Below, piece after piece: positions 57,680 through 64,000 of a stretch of 64,000 bases of DNA. Numbering within the stretch: the stretch's first letter is position 1; each line of letters starts with the position of its first letter. This stretch comes from Verrucomicrobiia bacterium (GTDB lineage: Bacteria; Acidobacteriota; Polarisedimenticolia; Gp22-AA2), in assembly GCA_035638075.1 (NCBI GenBank), contig DASRAU010000046.1, positions 101,283 to 165,282 of the forward strand, read 5' to 3'. A program made the translations under genes and the position numbers. The notes under the pieces are model-generated. The model worked only from the letters and a program-made list of their open reading frames with translations. It was not told the origin of the DNA and searched no databases.

Positions 57680-58183
57680 TCAGGACGGGCGGTGGTTGCC
57701 GTTGTCCATGTCGGAGTTGATGAGCCACCGGCCGTTCGGGCCCTTGCTCAGCGTCAGCGTGAACTTGCCGCTGTCCGGCTGCCCCGCCTCGCGCGCGAAC
57801 CCTCCGACGATCCAGCCGAGCGCGCCGTCGGTTCCGTAGGCGAACGCGCGCAGCGCCAGCGGCCCGCCGGCGCCCTGGTAGTGCTTCTCGATCTCCGCCC
57901 GCCCGCGCACGGGGGCCGAGCCGCTGGACAGGACGAAGCCATCCTCGGCGAACAGGGCCGCGAGCGCCTTTGCGTCGGTATTCCGCCAGGCGGCCTCGTA
58001 GTCGGTGAGCACCCGGGCCAGCGCCGCCGGGAGCGTCACCGACGGCAGCGGCGCCGCGGCCTCAGCGGCCGGTTGAGCGGCGCTGGAAGGTGCGGGTGAC
58101 GGCGTGGCCGGCGGGTCGGCCGCGACCGCCACGGTGGCGCCGAGCAGAAAAGACAGTGGGAGAACGATCGCAGCGCGACGCAC
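57680..58183 (-). CDS. Secreted SnoaL-like/NTF2-fold (DUF4440-like) protein; GTG start
   Basis: GTG 58183 preceded by AGAGGAGGAG. Signal VRRAAIVLPLSFLLGATVAVAAD. The first 55 codons of the track ORF are rejected. Confidence 0.5.
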   Translation of the reverse strand: MRRAAIVLPLSFLLGATVAVAADPPATPSPAPSSAAQPAAEAAAPLPSVTLPAALARVLTDYEAAWRNTDAKALAALFAEDGFVLSSGSAPVRGRAEIEKHYQGAGGPLALRAFAYGTDGALGWIVGGFAREAGQPDSGKFTLTLSKGPNGRWLINSDMDNGNHRPS

Positions 58184-58238
58184 GGATGTCTCCTCCTCTT
58201 TGCTGGTGACCTGGATCAGACGCGGACGGTGACCGGCC

Positions 58239-58751
58239 TCAGGCCCGGAGCAGCACGCCCAGCACCACCGCGCCGAACGCGGCGCCCTCGACCGTCGCGG
58301 CGAACAGCAGCGCCATCCGCCACGGCCGCTTCGGGGCGAAGATCCCCGCGAGCAGGAAGACGATCGCACAGATCGGCGCCACGAGGATCCGCAGCACCGA
58401 GTACAGCGACCACACGCCGATCATCGAGTCGCTCCCCGTGGCGCGGCCGCTCGACCCGAGGAAGATCGCCGAGGCGATGAGGCCCGTGAGCGCGATCGCG
58501 GGGGCGAGGACTGCCAGCGCCGACCAGAACCAGCCCTGTCCGCGCAGGAAGTACAGGCCGGCGCTGCTTGCCGGGATCGCCGCCACCGCGAACACCCCGA
58601 GGAAGAGGACGAGATCGCCGAAGGCGGACATCCCGCCCGAGCGATCGACGCCGCGCTGCGTCGCCGCATTCAGCGCGACGGCGCCCGACGCGACCCCCGC
58701 CGCCAGGATGTAGCCCGCGAGCACGACACCGATGCGCCCGGCGGCCTTCAT
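58239..58751 (-). CDS. Hypothetical integral membrane protein (4-5 TM)
   Basis: 170 aa, highly hydrophobic; no family recognised. Confidence 0.4.
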   Translation of the reverse strand: MKAAGRIGVVLAGYILAAGVASGAVALNAATQRGVDRSGGMSAFGDLVLFLGVFAVAAIPASSAGLYFLRGQGWFWSALAVLAPAIALTGLIASAIFLGSSGRATGSDSMIGVWSLYSVLRILVAPICAIVFLLAGIFAPKRPWRMALLFAATVEGAAFGAVVLGVLLRA

Positions 58752-58764
58752 CGGCGCGGACGCG

Positions 58765-59421
58765 TCACGGCGCGCCGCCGAGCCGCGGACAGCAGGAGGC
58801 GTTGTCCATGCAGGACTGGAGCTGCGCGACCGTGTTCGCCCCCGGCTTCCCGGCCGAGGCCTGCGCGCGGTACTGCCCGTCCATCAGCTTGAGGGTCTCG
58901 AGCCGGGTGTCTCCGCCGGCGCCGCTGGTGAAGACCTGGATCGGCGGCCAGCCGGAGCCCGCGGTCTCGACCTGGACGACCGCGCCCGCGAACACGCCGA
59001 GGCTCTTCGCCGGCGACGAATCCACGATGCCCCAGGTGCAGTTCCCCGTGGTGCCGCACGTCAGCGGGACGAAATACACCGGGGGCTTGTCCTTGCGCAG
59101 CCGCAGCGACACGGCGCGGTCCCCCCACGGCCGGGCGCCGTCGGCCTTGTGCGCCCGCGTGAGCTGCGTGACGATCTGCTTCACCGGCGCCGGCAGCAGC
59201 ACCGCCGGCGTGGCGCAGACGAACGAGAAGGTCGCGGTGCGCGCCGCCGTCGCGGAGGACTTCGGCGGCGCGGTCTTCGGCTGGGCCGTTTTCGGTTGCG
59301 CGGTTTTCGGCGGTGCGGTCGTTCCCCTGGACGTCGCGGGAGACGATCCTTGGGGGGCCGCCGGCGGCGGCGCGGCCGCCAGCACGCATCCCGCCAGCAA
59401 TGTCACGAGACAGAGCCGCAC
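58765..59421 (-). CDS. Lipoprotein with (K/T)TAQPK tandem repeats; GTG start
   Basis: From GTG 59421 the signal VRLCLVTLLAGC has the LAGC lipobox. Ala/Pro-rich linker with 4 tandem TAQPK/TAPPK units, then a Cys-containing globular region. Confidence 0.45.
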   Translation of the reverse strand: MRLCLVTLLAGCVLAAAPPPAAPQGSSPATSRGTTAPPKTAQPKTAQPKTAPPKSSATAARTATFSFVCATPAVLLPAPVKQIVTQLTRAHKADGARPWGDRAVSLRLRKDKPPVYFVPLTCGTTGNCTWGIVDSSPAKSLGVFAGAVVQVETAGSGWPPIQVFTSGAGGDTRLETLKLMDGQYRAQASAGKPGANTVAQLQSCMDNASCCPRLGGAP

Positions 59422-59479
59422 GATCGGCGGCGGGAGTCCTGCGTCGTGGTCCAAGTTCCTCCTCCGGCGGAGGAAAAGT

Positions 59480-60064
59480 CTACCCGACGGAAGGCCCGCC
59501 GCCGACCCCGGCGCGGGCGGCGTCATGGTGCACCTCGCGGCCGGCGAGCCACAGTCCCGCGAACGCGAAGCCGATCAGGATCGACCCGGTGATCCAGGCG
59601 GGCGCGGCGAACGCCGGCCGGGCCGCGTTCGCCATCATCAGGCCGAGGCTGACGAGCGCCGCCGCGAGCACGCCGAACATCGGCATCCCGTAGAGGAAGA
59701 TGAACGGCAGGTAGTGCGCGCCCAGCAGGATCATGAGCGCGGGATAGAACCACTCCAGCTTCTCCATCGTGGCGGCGCCGACGAGCGGCAGGCAGAGAGG
59801 CAGGACGAACGCGACCTGCATCCCGAGCGCGTTGAGCGGATTGCCCGGGCTGAGCTTCCACGGCCCGCCGAGGAGGCGCAGCCCCAGCATCGTCAGCGGA
59901 AAGATGAAGAAGCCGCCGCACACCACGATGAGGATCGCCAGGCGCGGCGTTCCCCACGTCGCGGCCGCCGCCGATGCGAGCCAGAGCAGGCCGGACACCA
60001 GCTGCCCCACGAAGCCGCCCCGGAAGACCTGCCGAACCTCCCGCTGCGCGTCAGCGACGTCCAT
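59480..60064 (-). CDS. Hypothetical integral membrane protein (5-6 TM)
   Basis: 194 aa, hydrophobic; no family recognised. Confidence 0.4.
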   Translation of the reverse strand: MDVADAQREVRQVFRGGFVGQLVSGLLWLASAAAATWGTPRLAILIVVCGGFFIFPLTMLGLRLLGGPWKLSPGNPLNALGMQVAFVLPLCLPLVGAATMEKLEWFYPALMILLGAHYLPFIFLYGMPMFGVLAAALVSLGLMMANAARPAFAAPAWITGSILIGFAFAGLWLAGREVHHDAARAGVGGGPSVG

Positions 60065-60080
60065 GTCGGCCCCTCCCGTG

Positions 60081-60680
60081 TCAGCGGCGCGCGTCGATCG
60101 ACTTCACCAGCCAGTCGGCGCCGGTGCGCTGCAGCGTCGCCGACCACGCCGTATGGCTGTCGTCGCCGATCGTCCGCGCCTTGACGACCGCCTCCCCGCC
60201 GCTCTTCCAGCAGATCTCGCCAGTCGTGAACGCGACGAGGCCCTTCTTCCGATCGGTGTGGCCCCCGTTCATGGAGAAGCCGCTCGAATACCCGCCGACG
60301 GGGGGCGTGTGGTTCGCGAAGTGCGCGGTCACGCCCGGCGACGCATCGTGGACGAACACCTGGCCGTTCGGCATCCGCTGCTCCTCGCCGATGATGATCT
60401 CGCCGTGCGGCGTCCCTGCGGCCGCCGCCTTCTGCAGCGATTGCCGGATGAGGGCGTCGAGCACCGCCGAGCGCACGTTGTCCGCCTGCCCTTCGACCTC
60501 CGGGCCGCACGACGGGTCGCGTGCCGGCGGCGCCGGGGACGCAGGAGCCGGCCGCGGCGCCTGCCCCTGGGCGGTTGTCGCCTGTCCCTGCGATGCGCCG
60601 GCGGCCTTCGGCCCGGCTTCCCCCGAGCACGCGAGGCTCAATGACACCGACAGCAGCAGGATCCAGACTCTTCGCGACAT
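60081..60680 (-). CDS. Hypothetical lipoprotein
   Basis: Signal plus lipobox LSLACSGE. Pro/Ala/Gln-rich linker, then a C-terminal globular part. Confidence 0.45.
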   Translation of the reverse strand: MSRRVWILLLSVSLSLACSGEAGPKAAGASQGQATTAQGQAPRPAPASPAPPARDPSCGPEVEGQADNVRSAVLDALIRQSLQKAAAAGTPHGEIIIGEEQRMPNGQVFVHDASPGVTAHFANHTPPVGGYSSGFSMNGGHTDRKKGLVAFTTGEICWKSGGEAVVKARTIGDDSHTAWSATLQRTGADWLVKSIDARR

Positions 60681-60788
60681 GTCTTGCCGGGCGGCCTCCC
60701 GGGCCTGCCGGATTATAGGGCCCCCCCTCCCGCAAAGGGACGCGCGGTTGGGTGAACCACCGGCGCTCCCCCTTCGTTACTATGGGCC

Positions 60789-63209
60789 ATGCTCTCCGAC
60801 TGCCGGTACGCCGTCCGCCTGCTGTTCAAGTCCGCCGGATCGACCCTGCTCGCGGTGCTCGCCCTGGCCCTCGGCATCGGCGCCAACACCGCGATGTTCA
60901 GCATCATCAACACGCTGTTCCTGCGCCCGCTGCCGTTCGTGGAGCCGGAGCGGGTGGTCCAGCTGACGTCGCACCTTCCCGAGCGGCAGCTCGACAACGC
61001 CCCCTTCTCCCTGCCGCGCTACGGCGTCGTGCAGGACCACCAGCAGGTGTTCAGCCACCTGTCGGTCGCCGCCTTCACCCCCTTCACGATGACGGGGCAC
61101 GGCGATCCGGAGCAGCTCCAGGGCGTGATGGTCTCGGCCGACACCATGCCCCTGCTCGGCGTGCAGCCCCTGCAGGGGAGGGACTTCTCCGCGGAGGAGC
61201 AGGCCAAAGGAGGGCCCGACGTCGTCCTCATCAGCGAGCGCCTGTGGCGCCGGCTGTTCGACGGCAGTCCGGACGCAATCGGCCGGGCCCTGACGCTCGA
61301 CGGCAGGCCGCACACCGTCATCGGCATCCTTCCTCCGTCGCTCTCCCGCTTTCCGTTCAACCAGATCGATCTCTGGGCCCCGCGGCCGGAGGAAGTCCCG
61401 TTCCTGGTCCCGGCGCAGGTGGACAACGGAGCGTTCGCGTTCCAGGTGCTCGGCCGGTTGAAGCCGGGGGTGACGCTCGAGCAGGCGCGCGAGAACGTGA
61501 AGGTGCTGGCGGCCGCGTACAAGGCCGATCACCCGAAGAACGTGGACGCGCCGTCGCAGGCGGTCGTGACTCCGTGGCTCGAGAGCCTGGTCGGCAACCA
61601 GCGCCGCACCTTCGCGATCCTGTTCGCCGCGGTCGGCTGCGTGCTCCTGATCGCCTGCGCCAATGTCGCGAACCTGCTGCTCGCCCGCTTCACCGGCCGG
61701 CGCAAGGAGATCGCCGTGCGCATCGCGCTCGGCGCCAGCCGCGGCGCCGTCATCCGGCCGTTCCTGATCGAGAGCGTCATGGTCGCCGCCGGCGGCGCGC
61801 TGCTGGGCCTGCTGCTCGCGCAGTGGGGCCTCGACGCCTTCCTCAGCGTCGGCCGCGACTTCGTCCCGCGCTCGATCGAGATCGGCATCGATCCCGTGGT
61901 GCTCGCGTTCACCGCCGCGCTCGCGCTCCTGACCGGTCTCGTGATGGGCCTCGTGCCGGCGCTGCAGGCGGCGAAGCCCGACGTGAACGAAGAGCTGCAG
62001 TCGGCCTCGCGCGGCTCGACCGCGGGCGTCGCCGCGAGCCGCTTCCGCAAGGGACTGCTGACGGCGGAGATCGCCCTGTCGTTCGTGCTGCTCGTCTCGG
62101 CAGGGCTGCTGCTCGCGAGCTTCGCGCGGCTGCAGCGCGTCGCCCCGGGGTTCCAGCCCGACGGGCTCTTCGTCGGCGGCATCAACGTCCCGATGAACCG
62201 CTACCCGACCGACGACGACCTCGCCGGCTTCTACCGCCGCCTGCTCGAGCGCATGGCGGCGCTGCCGGGCGTGACCTCGGTCGCCCTGAGCGACGCCCTG
62301 CCGCTCAGCGGTGCTGTGCCGGTCGCCCCGGTCGCCGTGGTCGGCAAGGACCTCGCGCCGATGAGCGAGCGCCCGAGCGGGCTCCGGCACCTGGTCAGCC
62401 CCGGGATGTTCAAGACACTCGGCATTCCGCTCCGCCAGGGGCGCGACTTCGACGAGCGCGACCGTCCCAACATCCCGCACGTGGTCATCGTCAACGAGAC
62501 GATGGCGCACCAGTTCTTCGGCACCGAGAATCCGATCGGCCGGCACCTGATCACCGGCATGGGGCAGATCGAGTCGGAGATCGTCGGCGTCGTCGCCGAC
62601 AATCACTCGATCGATCTGACCTCGGCGCCGGTGGCGGAGTATTTCCTGCCGACGCTGCAGCGGCCCGAGAACTTCAACGCCCTCATCCTCCGCGTCGCGG
62701 GTGATCCGGCCGCCATCGCCCCGGCGGTGCGCGCCGCGCTGAAGGAGGTCGATCCGACGCTGCCGCTGCTGCAGCCCCAGACGATGAACGCCGTCATCGC
62801 GCAGCTGACGGCGGACCGGCGGCTCGTCATGGTGCTGCTCGGGATCTTCGCGGCGCTGGCCGTGGTGCTCGCCGCCATCGGCCTCTACGGGGTGATGGCC
62901 TATCTCATCCGCCAGCGCACCGGGGAGATCGGCGTGCGCATGGCGCTCGGCGCGCGCCCGGGCGCCATCCAGGGCATGGTGGTGCTCGAAGGCATGCGGC
63001 TCGCCGCCTGGGGCATCGGCATCGGCGGTCTCGCCGCCTTCGCGGCGACGCGCCTGCTGCAGACGTTCCTGTTCGAGGTGACGCCGTCGAATCCGGTGGT
63101 CTACGCGGCGATCGCCCTCATCATCGCGACCGTCGCCGGCGCCGCGTCGTGGTTCCCGGCGCGCCGCGCCTCCCGCATCGATCCGCTCGTCGCGCTCCGG
63201 ACGCCGTAG
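60789..63209 (+). CDS. FtsX-like ABC-transporter permease, duplicated (MacB-like) orphan permease of the acidobacterial ADOP type
   Basis: 806 aa. Two MacB_PCD-like periplasmic domains, each followed by an FtsX 4-TM module. N-terminus MLSDCRYAVRLLFKSAGSTLLAVLALALGIGANTAMFS is typical of ADOP permeases. Confidence 0.85.
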   Translation: MLSDCRYAVRLLFKSAGSTLLAVLALALGIGANTAMFSIINTLFLRPLPFVEPERVVQLTSHLPERQLDNAPFSLPRYGVVQDHQQVFSHLSVAAFTPFTMTGHGDPEQLQGVMVSADTMPLLGVQPLQGRDFSAEEQAKGGPDVVLISERLWRRLFDGSPDAIGRALTLDGRPHTVIGILPPSLSRFPFNQIDLWAPRPEEVPFLVPAQVDNGAFAFQVLGRLKPGVTLEQARENVKVLAAAYKADHPKNVDAPSQAVVTPWLESLVGNQRRTFAILFAAVGCVLLIACANVANLLLARFTGRRKEIAVRIALGASRGAVIRPFLIESVMVAAGGALLGLLLAQWGLDAFLSVGRDFVPRSIEIGIDPVVLAFTAALALLTGLVMGLVPALQAAKPDVNEELQSASRGSTAGVAASRFRKGLLTAEIALSFVLLVSAGLLLASFARLQRVAPGFQPDGLFVGGINVPMNRYPTDDDLAGFYRRLLERMAALPGVTSVALSDALPLSGAVPVAPVAVVGKDLAPMSERPSGLRHLVSPGMFKTLGIPLRQGRDFDERDRPNIPHVVIVNETMAHQFFGTENPIGRHLITGMGQIESEIVGVVADNHSIDLTSAPVAEYFLPTLQRPENFNALILRVAGDPAAIAPAVRAALKEVDPTLPLLQPQTMNAVIAQLTADRRLVMVLLGIFAALAVVLAAIGLYGVMAYLIRQRTGEIGVRMALGARPGAIQGMVVLEGMRLAAWGIGIGGLAAFAATRLLQTFLFEVTPSNPVVYAAIALIIATVAGAASWFPARRASRIDPLVALRTP

Positions 63210-63249
63210 CGCCCCGCCTTCGCGATCGGCGGCACAGCGGCGCGCGCCC

Positions 63250-63468
63250 TCAGCGGATCCGGCGCACGACCGCGAGCACCGCAGTCAGCAGCAGCGAGAT
63301 CAGCACCATCGTGGTGATCGGGACGAAGAGACGGAAGCCCGGCCGCTCGACACGGATGTCGCCGGGCAGGCGGCCGAGCCAGGAGAGCGCGCCGCTCCAG
63401 GCCAGCAATCCCAGCACGATGAGCGCGAACCCCGCGCCGACGAGCAGCAGCCCGGCGTGGCGTCCCAC
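63250..63468 (-). CDS. DUF2905-family small membrane protein; GTG start
   Basis: 72 aa. LGRLPGDIRVERPGFRLFVPITTMVLISLLLT matches the DUF2905 pattern. The 150 upstream codons of the track ORF are rejected. Confidence 0.6.
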   Translation of the reverse strand: MGRHAGLLLVGAGFALIVLGLLAWSGALSWLGRLPGDIRVERPGFRLFVPITTMVLISLLLTAVLAVVRRIR

Positions 63469-63470
63469 GG

Positions 63471-63965
63471 TCAGTGACCCGGCCCGAAGCTCGGAACGCT
63501 CTTCACCCTCACCCCGTAACGCCCTGCGATGAGCAGCGCCAGCTCCTCGGCCGTGCCGGGCAGGACCACCTGCGCGATGTTGATCGGCGCGCACCCGAGC
63601 GGTCCGTTGGCCTTCATCGCCATGCGCGCGATCCATCCCGCCCGCGCCATCACCGCCTTCTGGTCGCGCGGCACGATGCCGAGCATCGGCTGGCCGCGAA
63701 AGGCATAGGGAACGATGTGGTCGATTTCGTCCCAGCGCAGCCGCCCGACGCTGATCAGGGAGGACTGCTCGACGAGCCCCTCCGCCCCGATCACCAGGAT
63801 CGGGCGCCATCGCACCAGCCGGTACACGCAGTAGCTGAATACGAGACCGAAGAAGCCGATGCCCGCGATCGCCGCCGGCACCACGCGGGCCTCGGCGATC
63901 CAGCCGAGGTGCAGGGTGAGCAGCCACAGCGAAACGGCGACGCAGCCGGCGGCGCCGAGGAGCAC
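63471..63965 (-). CDS. Hypothetical membrane protein (possibly N-terminally longer, running to the window edge)
   Basis: 164 aa with 2 N-terminal TM segments and a cytoplasmic domain. The ORF remains open upstream toward 64000. Confidence 0.4.
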   Translation of the reverse strand: MLLGAAGCVAVSLWLLTLHLGWIAEARVVPAAIAGIGFFGLVFSYCVYRLVRWRPILVIGAEGLVEQSSLISVGRLRWDEIDHIVPYAFRGQPMLGIVPRDQKAVMARAGWIARMAMKANGPLGCAPINIAQVVLPGTAEELALLIAGRYGVRVKSVPSFGPGH

Positions 63966-64000
63966 CAGGACCAGCTTCCAGCGTGAGGGGAAGACGATCA

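Overview
The window is a gene-dense, ~70% GC bacterial chromosomal segment with no rRNA, tRNA or CRISPR array visible. An FtsX-like duplicated orphan ABC permease of the acidobacterial ADOP type suggests Acidobacteriota-like origin (inference). About 75 protein-coding genes are supported by family-level motif recognition, signal peptides, RBS-like purine tracts and start/stop arithmetic on the supplied ORF track. Many of the long track ORFs are antisense run-ons typical of high-GC DNA and were rejected. Main content: (1) A long minus-strand supercluster (4.5-17.4 kb) of secreted ammonia-releasing enzymes (L-asparaginase II, glutaminase, amidohydrolase), aspartase, NAD-malic enzyme, an AspT-family and a DASS-family transporter and two porin-like outer-membrane proteins. 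(2) A minus-strand sdaA - MFS - pta - ackA - pflB - pflA string (17.5-25.7 kb) encoding a complete serine-to-pyruvate-to-acetate plus formate route, whose serine dehydratase carries an N-terminal twin-arginine (Tat) signal. (3) Four paralogous secreted proteins, each built from two CusF-like OB-fold repeats, each sitting at the 5' head of a minus-strand gene string; two lie divergent to an AcrAB-OprM-like RND efflux operon (29.6-35.4 kb). (4) A run of about 17 co-directional small accessory genes (GNAT, VOC, GFA, DUF1330, DUF1697, ICMT-like and others, 37.0-46.5 kb) with many 1-4 nt stop/start overlaps. (5) A lower-GC IS-like element with a zinc-ribbon/HTH transposase (about 51.5-52.8 kb) next to an S1 protease and a formaldehyde-dehydrogenase remnant formed by an in-frame internal deletion. 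(6) A near-consensus ArsR promoter (TTGACA-18-TATACT) whose spacer is a perfect 18-bp palindromic operator, and a dps promoter with an embedded palindrome. Other genes include Ca2+/H+ antiporter, cysteine synthase, O-methyltransferase, Dps, two secreted amidohydrolases, and a tandem pair of unknown small paralogs coupled to a YjbR-like gene.
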